Origin: Callorhinchus milii
Lineage: Eukaryota
Length of the DNA: 64,000 nt
Direction: 5' to 3'
Assembly (NCBI RefSeq): GCF_018977255.1
Contig: NW_024704742.1
Location: 60,638,001 to 60,702,000 of the forward strand
Position numbers and translations under genes: made by a program
Notes under the pieces: model-generated
Databases searched by the model: none
What the model was told of the DNA's origin: nothing
What the model saw: the letters and a program-made list of their open reading frames with translations, nothing else
Shown: in pieces, positions 1-12,787 of the stretch
How positions within the stretch are numbered: the stretch's first letter is position 1
Layout: each line of letters starts with the position of its first letter

Positions 1-1713
1 GACAGTCGATGGATTCAAACAGCAGAGGTTTGCTACGACATTCATTGCAGGCACTTTGCTTTATAGTAAATCCTGTGAAGTGCTCTGAGATGTCTTCCCA
101 ACATAAAAGACGTTGTCTCAAATACAAGGATCACTATAGTTGTTTAACATGGATGCAGCTTTTACCATGGAATCCTAATAATAATCGAGTTATAATCCTT
201 GCAATTCATACAGTTCCTTTCACGCTGGGAGGAAGTCTCAGAGCTCTTCAAAGGATTTTACTGTGAAGTGGACTAACTGTGAATGCAGTAGCACATTTGC
301 ACACAGTTTGCACACATAAAACTGAATGAGCAGTTTTATGTTCAGGACTGTTGACCAGGACACCAGAAGAAACTCTCTTCTCTATTGGGAAGGGATCCTC
401 AACATTTATGAATTTAAGGCTTGCTCACTCCTGGCTGCAGCACTTTGAAGTCTTCAGCCATAAAATGACTTTCTCAAATTGAATTTTATTGTGTGTTATC
501 GCTATGATACGTCTCTGGATTCCCTTTGATTCTGTAATCACCAGCGTTCAGTAAAATAGTGAATATAATTCACAAGATCACAAGAGAGGTTCAAATAAAG
601 ACAGCCCATTTGATCTCATTCTTGCAGAAAACCAAACTACCATCTACGCATTGATAATAAACTGGATGTCAGACTTGATATTTACACAATGATTTACTCA
701 TTTGAAAGATTCTAGATAGTTTTCAAATTTAAAGCTGATACCGAAAAGCTTCATTTATTTTCCAGTTGTCTGCATAATCACTTACTGCGTTAGTAATATC
801 TAATACTATGATGAGTTTACGTAAACTAAACGAAAGTACATCCATAGTTGGAATTACTAATAGAAACTTTTTGATCTTTTGAGAACTAAATTGACACAAA
901 GTTGAAGTCCTGATGTTGTACCTTTAGTTATATTTGTAACATTCTTCTTGAAGGAAAAATTTCGAACGTAATAATCTTTGCATTTCATATAGTGTCTTTC
1001 AGTTGAGAGGAATGTCTTAAACACTTCACAGGATTTACTGCAAAATGCAATCTTTTCAAATAGTGCCAATTGGGATCTTTAATGTCCACCTGAGCAGGCA
1101 GACAGGATCTTGGTTTAACTTCTCATCTGAAAGACATTAAGGATGAAAGAATTGCGACAATGCTGGTCACCCTCACTAGTTGCTATCAACCAAACCAGGC
1201 TGACAAACATCAGAAAGCATTTATTTACATAATGGGCGATCAACAGCTTGAAACAGTCAACACTAATTTAAGAAACTGGAGGAACAGTGTAATGGGAAGA
1301 GAGTAGGATTGGTATTTTGGACCAATGGGCCAAGGAGCTTTCTTTAACCAAACCTCTCCGTGAGATCTTGTCAATGGGTTGGTCAGTGTTGGAATTCGTA
1401 TTATATTGAAGTAGAAACTAATGATGCCACTTAAAGTCTACATCCAAGATTGAACTCTTGGGGACATGCTGTACTTTCTCCTGAATGTGGGAAAGCACTC
1501 GCATCTCTGGTTTGTCCCTGCCAGTGTCTATCTTTACCAGTACAACAGCTGTGCTAATAATAATAATTATAATCCTTACATTTGGTATAGTGCCTTTCAC
1601 ATCAGGAGGAAATCTCAAAGTGCTTCACAGGGTTTCATTGTTTAGGGTCTAAATCCTTACAAGGAGGCAAGGGAAAAATATCCTGCTGTGATACTAAGTC
1701 ATCACCTCAATAG

Positions 1714-1765
1714 CATTCTCAAGAACAACAAGCGCAGATGCCTAGAAGCCAATTTGCCACAGACA
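1714..1765 (+). CDS. Candidate coding exon (phase 2 to 0; ILKNNKRRCLEANLPQT), product unknown
   Basis: Acceptor cacctcaatag, donor ACA|gtaaaa, open frame, phase-compatible with 3176-3255. Splice signals are weak and no homology was recognised. Confidence 0.2.
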
Positions 1766-1829
1766 GTAAAATTATGTTCTACCTTTACACAAGCTCCTGG
1801 TACTCCTTTTCTCAATGTTAGCTCACTGT

Positions 1830-2220
1830 CATTGTGGCTGGGGAAGGGTTTCTTCCCACTCAGCTCCCGTTAACATTGTAAGCCAAAGCCCTAGCGGGTA
1901 GGGTGGTCCGAATTGTGGGAAGCTTGCCAGACAGTGTTTTCAATAGTAAGCTATGTTGTTTTAGTTAGTTAGACTCCAGCAGTACCACAATGCACACTCT
2001 GGGATCCCCAAAAGTTGGTTCTTACCAACCTCCACCTAATACTCTCTGGAATTAGGTAACTAGGGTGAAGCCCTCTGGGGAGAGAGAGCACGCATTTTAT
2101 TCTAGTCGAGGGAATTTGTATGTGTTGGTGATATGCATGGAACTCTCAGTCTGGTTTGGGACTCTTAAGCATGGTGATCGGTTTCCACATATGTCAGATA
2201 CCTGGCTGATCAAAAAAAAA
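1830..2220 (+). mobile_element. Family C poly(A)-tailed retroposon, 3' part
   Basis: Aligns by eye to 12270-12646 and ends ...cctggctgatc-A9. Confidence 0.75.
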
Positions 2221-2557
2221 TAGAATTACATAGAACATAAGAGCATACTTGGCATGAGCCTTCAAACCTCCTAAACCCCACTCTCATACCCCCATGCCCA
2301 CCCCACCGCCCCCACTCTATCTCATGTAATGATTTTGTCATTATGTGATTGTCCCTATTATTTTGTTCCCCCAAATCATACCCTCAGTGAACTGTAGTGA
2401 AACAACATTTTGCAGTGTCTTTATTCCCAACCAATTTTCCAAAGTTAGGGGAAAGAAGGATTGCACACCCAGTCTTTGGGAATACAATAGATGGCACATT
2501 TCTGTTGATTCTGTTATGAATCATCATGTGTTTCATCCCTCTGCATTTAAATTTTAA

Positions 2558-2905
2558 GCAACAATAACAAATTGCATTTATATATTGATTTTCATGTCGG
2601 GAGGATATCCCAAGGCAATGCACAGTGAAAGGTTTGCACCCAAGCTGGGGGTTATGGTCAAGAGGGGTAGAGGGAAAGGGGGTGGAGGTGGGAGAATGAG
2701 TGAAGGCATGGTCAAAGAGGAAGGTATTGAAACAGAACTTGAAGGAGGCAAGGGAGGGATTGAGGTGGAAGGGCTCCGGGATACAGTTCCAGAGGGTGGG
2801 GGCAGAAAGGCTGAAGGCCCGACCTCCAATGGTAGAGCGGGCAAGGCAGGGGGACATGGAGCAGGCTAGTGCCTGCCAAGTGGAGGGAGAGGACAGGTTG
2901 GTAAC
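2558..2905 (-). mobile_element. L2 LINE 3' fragment
   Basis: Minus-strand peptide STIGGRAFSLSAPTLWN...SLASFK is the L2 ORF2 C-terminus, followed by 3' UTR and a (GTT)n-type tail. Confidence 0.9.
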
Positions 2906-3175
2906 ATTTTAGTGGGTCGCAGCAATTGAATCCCCAGAGTATGGGAAAATAAATACTGCACTCCTGAACCTCTTTCCTACTCAAAAAGATGGCAGTCTTC
3001 GTGAGTGATGAGCCTTCCACAACTGAAAAAGAACTGCATTGTGACTGGTCTTGTGTACACACAACATTACAGTGAACATTAAGCATACATCACGTTGAAG
3101 AGACCATTTGGTTTTTCCAGAGTTCTGGCACCTGACGTTTGTTTTACACAATGCTGACACCTGCACTTTCCACAG

Positions 3176-3255
3176 GAATCCGCAGCTCAGACTGAAGAGG
3201 ATTGTTTGAAGATGTTCAGCTTTGTACAAGAGGGAAAACTAAAAGTCTGCAAATG
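3176..3255 (+). CDS. Candidate coding exon (phase 0 to 2; ESAAQTEEDCLKMFSFVQEGKLKVCK), product unknown
   Basis: Branch-like gctgac plus ctgcactttccacag acceptor, open frame, possible GC-type donor ATG|gcaagt. Confidence 0.35.
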
Positions 3256-3695
3256 GCAAGTGACAAATGATAGCCACAGTGCCAAGCTTTAAAAGTCAGT
3301 CCCATGCTCAACGTGTGTGATTTGGCAAGTTATGTGACCTGTAAAACATATAAATTACTTTTAAATCCTCCAACTTAACTCCCACACTATACCCCCTGCT
3401 GCTTACAATGGCTGCTTACACAGTGGAACAGAGGAAGACACACACAAAAAGCCTAGTCAAGATTTCATAACCCAGCAATAATTTAGATACAGTACAGGAA
3501 AAAAAAATCACATTTAATATTGCATTTTACCACCATAGAGTTTTCAAATCTAAAACTCTAGCTAAATATGTGCAGTAAAATCAATTGAGTATATTACTGA
3601 GTTTTCATTTACTTTTTTCACATCGATGTTCAAATTATTTGTTGGAAATTGCTCTTGCTGTTAACAAAATAATAAACAATGATCCTAGCATCTAG

Positions 3696-3950
3696 CAATA
3701 ATAATAATAATATTGGTATTTAATTCAATGCTCTTCACCTCAGGAGGACATCTCAGAGCGCTTCACAGGATTTATGGTAAAGTGTAGTGTCTGTGGATTT
3801 TGTAGGCCAATGCGGCAGCCAATTTGTGCACTGCAATGTCCCACAAACAGCCATGGAGTGAATGACCAATTTTATTAGGGAGATTGTTGGCCAGCATAGT
3901 AGGAGACACTCCTTTTTCTTTCCAAGTACTGCGACGGGATGACCAATTGA
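3696..3950 (-). mobile_element. Deu-domain SINE 3' half
   Basis: Reverse complement reads ggctgtttgtgggacattgcagtgcacaaattggctgccgc...gaagcgctctgagatgtcc followed by an (ATT)n tail. Confidence 0.8.
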
Positions 3951-5304
3951 GATAGGGGGAAAATTTGAGATATTGCTTATTATCAGCATTGCTTATTAAT
4001 GCTGACATTATCAGTGTGTACCTAACCAACCAAACCTAACCAACAAAATACATTGAGTTTCCACTAGGTGACAGTATCCCATCCCCTCCTGGTTTCCATT
4101 GCCACTATCTTTTATACTGCCATTGGGTTGGCTTCTAGATTTTTGGACCATATAGTGGCCATTTATTTAGGTGGGGGTTAAAACGTATTTTCTGGGTTGG
4201 ACCTGTTTAACAGCAGCTAAATTTGCTTGATTCCCAGCCCGGGAAATGCTTTCAATAATAGAGTGAGGCTGTTGGTTGGAGCTAGCATGGCGGGGTGGCG
4301 GGAGAATAATACGCTTGAATAATAATAATCCTTGCATTTGATATAGCGCCTTATCACATCTACGAGATGTCTCAAAGCGCTTCACAGAATACACTGTAAA
4401 GTGGAGTGACTGTGTTTCGTGGGCGAATCTAACAATAAGAGGATTACGTTAAACATCAATAATTGTAGTGGTAAAGGTTAATGCCAGTTCTAGTTAAGGA
4501 ATATTACACATTTTAGCCCATAATAACATGTCAAGACATCTCAAAGCTAATTGCTGTTAAAAGTAGTGATTGCATGTATAGCCAAATGCAACAGATGTGT
4601 CAACCAGATCCCATATCTTGTGTCATGGGATCAGATAGCAATTACTATGTTAATCCACAGATTCAAGACCAGTGGAAGCATGTGGCTGATTCTGAATTAG
4701 AAGTGTGTTATGGTTAAATATTACATTCCCTAAGCACCAGCGCTCAGCTAACAACAGAGGAACAAAATCCAGGTGCAGGAAAGAGATAGAGACTTTATGT
4801 AACAACAAGATTGCATTTGTAACTCAGATGAGTTTAGGGAGGACGTCCCACTGCGCTGGACAGTTGGGTCGAGACCTGAGCAGGGGGGAAATGGTCAGGG
4901 TGAGGGGAAGGAAGGGAGGGAGCGAGGAGGGGATAGAGTCGAGAGGGGAGGTGAAGGCACCTCTAAAATAACAATGTAAATGTAACAATGTGAATTGCTA
5001 TTTTAGAGGTTGATAGAAATAGTCACTTAACTGATTATGTTCATTCATGTTAATTTCATCTCTGGTGCATAGTGTCGGGAGTGATATACAAAACAGTGCT
5101 GTAATTGTTATATTCGTTTTAATAAAAACTCATGTGAAAGTTTAGCTGCTGCTTAAGAGTTGGTCACCGTTGCAATGCAAACTACTGCCTAGCAACAAAA
5201 CAAACACTTTCTCCATTAGGCTAGACCTGCTAAAGTTGTTCAGTCACCAGAGCAGCCTTTACACTACTGCCTTACGGGAAACCAACTGACTGTGAAAAGC
5301 ACTC

Positions 5305-5576
5305 TATAATAATAATCCTTGCATTTGATATAGCATCTTATCACATCATTGGAAGCGCATCACAAAATATGTTATAAAGTGGATTAACTGTGTATTTTGC
5401 GGGCGAACGAGTGACCATTTATTTTTGCAATCCGCCAATCGACTAACAACTGGATTTTCCTACTCACTACTTGGTAAGCAGAGGCGTATGGAGTAAGGAA
5501 ACTCATCTAAGTTTTCGAACCCGGATCCTCTTGCTTGCGAGGTGAGCGCACTAACCACTACACTAAGGGACTCCAC
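5305..5576 (-). mobile_element. Family A tRNA-headed SINE (internally deleted)
   Basis: tRNA-like head (tagtgtagtggttag...gggttcgaaa), gtttccttactccatacgcctctg body and tail ctatatcaaatgcaagg(ATT)n. Confidence 0.8.
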
Positions 5577-6396
5577 ATCAAGACGGTCTCCCGACGTGAA
5601 CGGGGCTACATCAATGTGAATAGTATTGTATTGACTCACTCTGTGTTCGAAAATGCAACATTCAGGAATGTCGAAGCAACTTCCGGGTGGCAAATATTGG
5701 AGGGCGAGATTCGTGAAATGGTGACCGATCATCCAACCCATTAATGAAAGACATTTGAATTCAGTGTTATGATAGTTAGATTCAAGAACTGCTGCCTAGA
5801 ATTAATAATAATAATTATGAACAATCGTTGCATTTGATATAGCACCTTCTCATGACCTTGAGATGTCTCAAACTGCTTCACATGGTTTTACAATGTAATA
5901 TTGGAACTATATATTTGTAGGCGAAAGCGGCAGTCAATTTGCACAGAGCAATAACTTACAAACAAGCCATGAAGTAAGTGACCAGTGTTTTTGTTTGGGG
6001 GATTGATGACCACAAGATCAAATTACACCAATTGATGATGAATTCCATTGTTCGTTAACTATAACTTTCAGTAATATTCAGGAAACAGAAGAAAAAAGCA
6101 ACATTTTACAAATCACTGCTATAGTGCCATTGCCTTAAGAATGCACTTTTTGATCACATGCAGAAACCCATCAGCATGCTTAATAGTATCCAAACCAAAC
6201 TACTCAGAGCTCCACATACTATAAATCATAAATCATATTTTATATAATTCTTTATTACATTGTTGATAAGTCTGAAGGTGCCTTTTAGGATTTTACTATG
6301 TATTGTAATGACTGTGTAATTGTAGGCAAATGGGGAAGCCAATTTGCGCATAGCAATGTCCCACAAACAGCCATGAAGTGAATGACCAATTTAAAT

Positions 6397-6543
6397 ATTC
6401 AGTTAACACCCTGACTGGATAAGTGAATAGTTTGGGTAATGGACCTCCATGTTAATTTACTATTGAGCTGTATTATATAGTTAATTTAGCAGAAAGTGAC
6501 ACTGAGGACAGTTAAATAACTATTCACAGAGGGCATGCTGAAT
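6397..6543. repeat. Degenerate palindrome (~150 bp)
   Basis: attcag/ctgaat, gtgaatagtt/aactattcac and inner arms pair around ~6470. Confidence 0.55.
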
Positions 6544-7129
6544 CTTCCAGCTGGGTTTGGTTAACAAGTCAATCTGGATAAGTGCCATTAGGATAAGTAG
6601 CTTACGAATACTTATTAATGCTTGACTGTTTTGTAGGTGTGTGTTTTTTTCATGAGGTGGTCATATCCTGCACAATAATTTTTGTATCAATGTATCAATG
6701 CATACACACCTGAAGCAAAGAATCAACCTTAAGCTGATCAAACAGAAAACCTGTTCAGTGGTGATTAAAGACTCTTGCCTCATAAACCCACATTTGGGGA
6801 ATGGTTAGAGCAGGAGACACCAGCTAACCAACCAGATCTCAGGGCCGTGTCAACAACACTCACCTGATATGAGCTGTTTCTAGTGACTCCACCAAAAGAG
6901 TAATTTGATCCTTTAGTGATGATGTAAGGTTAGCAGTGATTGAAACCGGATCCGAATTTTCCAAAAAAATAAAGATCAAAGCTCAGGGAAAATAATAGCT
7001 GTTGTTGACATTAATATCTTCACTGTGTGTAGACTGGGAGAATGGAAAATGATACCATACCATAACCATTTAATACCTATGTATTCCATCTGTAGTTCCA
7101 GATGTATAATTCCATTTCAAACAACACCA

Positions 7130-7265
7130 CAGTGTCATTAAACCTGTGTTCTCCACACAAAGGGCATTTGTTTTAAAACTGTCAAATGCATTAATGAATT
7201 TTAAAATGCCTTCAGAATATGTCCTTTTGAGTTAAGGAGAGAGTTAACACAAGTTAGTATGGACT
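7130..7265. repeat. Degenerate palindrome (~130 bp)
   Basis: aacctgtgtt/aacacaagtt and caaagggcat/atgtccttttg pair around central cattaatg. Confidence 0.5.
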
Positions 7266-8223
7266 TAAGCAGCTATCAGGTCAGATTCTGTTTTTGGATT
7301 GAGAGCATTTTCATACTGTTAGACAATTTAAAACATAACAGTGGTATTTGTGAGGAGATCTTTTAACAACAACAACTTGCATTTATATAGCACCTTTCAC
7401 ATGGAGTAGCATCTCAGAGCGCTTTGTACATAGAGAGCAAGAGATACAAATGGCACTGCAGCACTGATCTATAAAATGTTCTTTTTTTTCTCTGATTTGC
7501 TGAATATTACTGAATGTCACTTTACAATAGTTATCTAACAATGGTATTCAGTTTCAAGGTATATGTAGTAAACCCTGCAACTGAAGCAAGTAACCAGAAA
7601 TGCTTTTCTCATCCGAGGTCGTAGATTTTTAAATTAACAATGAAAATGATCTAGACATTTGTTTAAATTGCATTCCAGACCATTTACAATTTGCTCTGTT
7701 TTGGAGTCTAGCCAACACATGTCTTCTGAAGTAGGTGACCCAGCACAGCTAGACCCTCAGAAAGGTACATTTCTGTGAATTCTCTTCTGACTCCCACATA
7801 GCCAATTCATTAATATTCCAGGATATTAATCACACACACACACCCCACAAGCACTCAATGTCTCAAGGCACGGATTATAATAATACAAATTAAGCATTCT
7901 CCTGATATCTTTAGAACTCAGACTACTTCTTCATTTGAAATTCTTGGCCATTATCTCAATTTCATTTCAATACAAATCATCAGTCAAAATCTCACAGACG
8001 AAGGCTGTTGCATTGAAACCATGTTTTAAAGATAGTTGCTTCTCTGAAAGTTTAGTTCAAAAACATACCACCTGATTTGAACAATTAAAGATAGTGGAGT
8101 CAAATTTATTTTTCATCTTAATCTAATTAGCATCTGATCCATTCATGGCACTGCAACCTGTCAGACTGGCTCAGCTTGTAGCACTCTCGCCTCTGAATCA
8201 GAAAGTTGTTGATTTACACTATA

Positions 8224-9710
8224 TGTTTCCTCGTCCTCCTTGACCCCTCCGCCGCCTTGGACCATTCAATCCTCCTCCACCACTTCTCCTCCCATCTCAA
8301 CCTTCAAAGTTATGTCCTTGACTGGTTCAGGTCCTACCTTTCACACCGCCTCCACTTCAACGCGGCAAATGGCTACCCCTCCAGCCCCCGCACTGTCGTG
8401 CAGTGTTGCTCAGGGCTCTGTCCTCGGTCCCTTCCTCTTCACTCTCTCTACATGCTCCCCCTTGGTGACGTCATCCGCAGACATGGGGTAAATTTCCACA
8501 TGTATGTGGATGACACCCAACTCTACCTCTCTGCCTCCACCCTGAACTCCAGGACTACTGGCGTCCTGACCAACTGCCTGTCCGACATCAAGTCCTGGAC
8601 AAGGGACAATTTTCTCCAACTCAACATCAGCAAGACCGAGGCCCTCCTGATTGGCTCATGCCAGCGCCTCCACATCTCAGGCGCTGGCAGCATCAGCCTC
8701 TACGACTGCACACTCAACCTCACTAAGCCAGTCAGGAACCTGGGTATCTTGTTTGACCCTGAACTGTCCTTTCTCCCCCACATCCGCGCCATGACCAGCA
8801 CTGCCTACCACCATCTCCGCAATATTGCCACACTACACCACTGCCTCACCCCTCACTCAGGCTGCCGAAACCCTCACCCATGCATTTGTCACCTCAAGGC
8901 TTGAATAATAATAATCCCTCCAAAAAACAAAAACAATAATAAATTGGTAATTTTCAATCTACGACTGTTTGTGGGACACTGCTGTGCGCAATTGGCTGCC
9001 GTGTTCGCCTACAAATATAGGGTCAATTCACTTTACTGTGTATTCTGTGAAGCGCTTTGGGAAGTCCTCCCAATGTGAAAAGCGCTATATCAAATGCAAG
9101 GATTATTATTATTATTATTATAATATTACGGGAACTCCCTCCTCATCGGCCTGCCCAACTCTTCCCTTCACAAGCTGCAGATCATCCCAAACTCTGCAGC
9201 TCATGTACTCTCACGCACCAGGTTCCATGACCTCATCACTCCCACCCTCGCCCGACTCCACTGGCTCCCCATCCCCCAGAGAATTGAGTTCAAGGTCCTC
9301 ATCCTCACCTTTAAGGCCATCCATGGCCTTGCCCCCTCCTCCTCTCTGACCTGCTGACTCCCTACCAACCTGCCCGCTCCCTCCGTTCATTGGGCTCCAG
9401 CCTGCTCCATGTCTCCCGCCCAACCTGCCCTACCATCGGTGGCCGGGTTTTCAGCCTCTCTGCCCCCACACTCTGGAACTCCATCTCACGGTACCTTTGC
9501 CTCACTTCCTCCCTTGTCTCCTTCAAGGCCGGTCTCAAGACCCTTCTTTTCGACCGTGCTTTTGGTCTCCCTCCCACCTCTCTGCTTCCCTCAGCCCTAC
9601 ACCACCCCTCCCCCATGCTTAGGCCCCAACACCTAACTTTTCAGTGCTTTGGGACGTCCTCTCAACGTGAAAGGCGCTCTATAAATGTGATTTGCTGTTG
9701 TTGTTGTTGC
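8224..9710 (+). mobile_element. 5'-truncated L2 LINE with frameshifted reverse transcriptase remnant
   Basis: RT motifs LVLLDPSAALDH, WFRSYL, QGSVLGPFLF, YVDDTQLY (YADD), LQLNISKTE, VRNLGILFD; C-terminus TIGGRVFSLSAPTLWN; 3' tail ggcgctctataaatg...(GTT)n. Confidence 0.95.
8905..9125 (+). mobile_element. Family A SINE (5'-truncated, young) inserted in L2 ORF2
   Basis: Nearly identical to 39001-39210 and splits the L2 SRL(D)Y/GNSLL motif. Confidence 0.9.
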
Positions 9711-10469
9711 GTTGGATCAGATCAAGCCTGTGCTCTGGATAAACAGTGAGACTTTGTTCGTGGACCAGAGTAAATTATTCCCCAGGCCAGATGTGACCCG
9801 TGGGCCGCCAGTTGGACCACCGTGTTCTAGGCTGATGCCTCAGTGTAGCCTGGGGAGCATAATTTCTGTGAAGCACTTTGAGACGTCTCAACAAATGTGA
9901 AAAGGCGCTATATCAAATACAAGGGTTTTTACCAACGCTGCTCGACATGATGTACTTCTGGTTGCCAGATGGCATTTCCATTTAACTTGCTTACCATTTA
10001 GAAAATCACAAATTAGATGCCTTAAATTTTTATTGCTGACACAAGGAGATTATAGATAGGAGCAGAATGTAGATAGGTAATAGAAATGTTTTTAAACATA
10101 GAACAAACCATGTCATGTTATGTGTGGACATTGTTATCAATAAAACACAGTTAAAATCAAGTTTTAATTTATTACATGGACAACAGTTAATAAAAAAACA
10201 AAGGGAGCCTTGTTTTGTAATGTATTGCTTCTTGGCTTCTTGGCTGTTCTTCGGTGCTCAATTCAAAAGTTGAATCCGGGTAACTTTTAGCGTTGAAAAC
10301 CATGTTATCATAAAACGATTATGGCTTACCTACCAATGCATTCAAATAAGGCCTGTATACAATAGAAGCAAATCTTGGTGCGAAAGATGTCAACATTATC
10401 CTACTACACAAATCTGGGAATCGATAGAGAATCTATTTCATGGTGTCCATAAAATATTCAGTAAAATTC

Positions 10470-10775
10470 AAAAATAGTCATATTATTTAAGCTATGAAGA
10501 CAGTAATTCCACTTTGCCTTAAATCGTTGAGGTCAATTTTGTCCTGAAATTTAAGGTTTTGCAGAATTGTAGAAAAATTTTGAATTCTGTCTGATTTGAA
10601 GACCAGTTTTCGCAGTTCATGAAAAGAACCAACTTTCAAATTAAGATTGAATTGAAGAATTCTCCACGGTTCTGTGAAAGTTACATTTTAAGACAAAACA
10701 GACTTGATGGAAATGTTGAGGTCTCTGAGAGTGTACAAGATTATAATATATTAAAATGATTATTGTGCAGGAAAG
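10470..10775. repeat. Degenerate palindrome (~300 bp), probable ancient MITE/foldback relic
   Basis: Arms ttttgtcctgaaatttaaggttttgcagaattgtag... and ...ccacggttctgtgaaagttacattttaagacaaaa are reverse-complementary around ttcatgaa (10616-10623). Confidence 0.75.
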
Positions 10776-11394
10776 TTTCTCCAGATTCATCCTATAATGT
10801 CTTTCAGTATGATAGAAATATTGTTAAAGTCTGAATGTAAATTCTTTGATCCTACCAGGTCTTTCTTGTCCGTCTGCTAATAGCTGCTTCTTTCCTTCCT
10901 TCATGGACGAACTAATCCCGGCACATATTAATCATCATTCCGGCACATAGATTAGGCCATTAATGCAAACGTTCTTGAGCAAAATCATTCAGTCAGTTCC
11001 CCGCCACACAATAATCCATTGGAATACTTTCTTATTTCATAGTTAATGCAGAAGTTAAATTCAGGTTGTTTCATAACCGTTCAATGTGTTAAATATCCCA
11101 ATATACAGATTACAAAACACTGCTAACATTTTATTGTTTGATAATACCACACTGTGTAACATCCATGTTCCTCTTCAATCGTCTGTCTTGAGATGCTCTA
11201 TCTCGTGCCACATCTGCAGCACAACTGGGGACTTCCCAGGCTGTAGAGTTGGTGCAGTGTGACAACAACCATAAACAAACACAGGTTGAGCCTGCACCAG
11301 CTGCTTAATCCAGGTCCTCATGCAAGGGGCCTTGGCAAATAGGCATGCCCACTTGTTTGATGTCAAATGACCAATTAGTGACTTTCTCCTTTGG

Positions 11395-11560
11395 GGCCAG
11401 GAGGCTATCGGGGTCTCTTCGGAGCTGAACTGGCTCCAGGGAGACATGCTTGGCAACGGAATGTTGGAATCGAGCAAGTCCTGTGTGGTGGTCTCAGTAG
11501 TCCGGTTCCTGGGCCAGGTGGGTCCACATTTCCAATGCCTTCCTTGTAGGTCTTCCTAGC
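11395..11560 (+). mobile_element. Family C retroposon, 5' fragment
   Basis: ggggtctcttcggagctgaactggctcc...tagtccggttcctgggccaggtgggtccac matches 12060-12185. Confidence 0.75.
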
Positions 11561-11589
11561 TCCACCATACACAAAATCAAATTAATTTA

Positions 11590-11910
11590 AAACTCCTCTG
11601 CCCGGATACTCAACCACACAAAATTCTGTACCCCCATCACACCAGTCCTTGCCAAGCTCCATTAGTTCCCAATTACCGAACAGATCAATTTCAAGATTCT
11701 CTCACTTGCTTTCAAATCTCTTCATGTCCTCGCACCTCCCTAACTATCCGACCTGCTTACCCCACCACTCCATCACCCACTGCTTCTGCTCGGCAGGCTA
11801 GGGCCTCCTCTTTGTCCCTTGTGCCCTCCGCTCCATCATCGGTGGCCGTGCCTTCAGCCACTACTCCCTGAAACTCTGGACTCATCTCCCTTAAACCCTC
11901 CGCCTTGCAT
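11590..11910 (+). mobile_element. L2 LINE ORF2 3' fragment (older)
   Basis: Decayed ITPVLAKLH...QINFKILSLAFKSLH...APP...SIIGGRAFS coding remnant. Confidence 0.85.
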
Positions 11911-12049
11911 TAAGGCAGAGGATTGAGGGAGAGCATCCTCCAGGATGCTACCCTGCATGAAGCTCGCAGCTTGTACCTACCATCCAACCAGTGAGGCTCA
12001 AACTCATGTTTGTCGGATGTTGAACGACCAACTAGTGACAATCCTCCTT

Positions 12050-12646
12050 GGTGGGAGGTAAGCGGGGTCTCCTTGGAGCTGAACTGGCTCTAAGGTGATT
12101 TCCCCAACAATGGAATATCGGATAGAGCCAGCCCTCTGTGGTAGTCTAGATAGTCCGGTTCCTGAGCCAGGCGGGTCCACAGTATTCCAGGGCACTGCTG
12201 ATGACAGCACAGTCAGCCTGGCTCAACAGCAGGACCTGGAAGGGCAGACCCGTCACTGGAGGCAGGGAGTGATCCCACTCAGCTCCTGTTAACCCTACAA
12301 ACCAAGCCCTAATGGTGGTCCTAGCTGGACAAGCAGGATGAAACCTTACCAAACAGTGAAATCACTGGCAAGCTATGTGATTTTAGCTGGGTAGACTCCA
12401 GCAGTACCCTAATCCACACTCTGTGGGTCCCCAAGCCTTGACTCTTGCCGATCTGCGCCTAATACTTTCCAGAATTAGTAAACAGGATAGGTCCCTCCAA
12501 GGAGAGTGCACATTCCATTCCAACAATGTATCTCTGAGATTTCCATGTGTAGGTGGATACATGTAAATCTCAATTTGGTTTGGATACTACTAAGCATGGT
12601 GATGGGTTTTCGTATATGTCAGGTCACCCGGCTGACCAAAAAAAAC
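12050..12646 (+). mobile_element. Family C poly(A)-tailed retroposon, most complete copy (~600 bp)
   Basis: 5' ggaggtaagcggggtctccttggagc; 3' gtcaggtcacccggctgacc-A8; several related copies in the window. Confidence 0.8.
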
Positions 12647-12787
12647 ATTTCTGTTTCAAATGAGCAAAACAATAAATAATGTAACATTGAAAAATGTACT
12701 GAAAGCATTAAATTTCTTTCTTAATCTATTCCCACTCACCAGGATTAAACTGTTGAGAAACCTTCAGTTGAATCATCTTTTATATAG

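Noticed and set aside
10200..11080. Protein-like frames on both strands suggesting an endogenous viral element
   Set aside because: Multiple stops in all frames, no recognisable motif, and the central part is explained by a palindrome.
12190..12250. CTGATGA in family C as a hammerhead core
   Set aside because: No stem II-GAAA follows, the motif varies (ctgataa) among copies, and it pairs with downstream atcagc as a simple hairpin.
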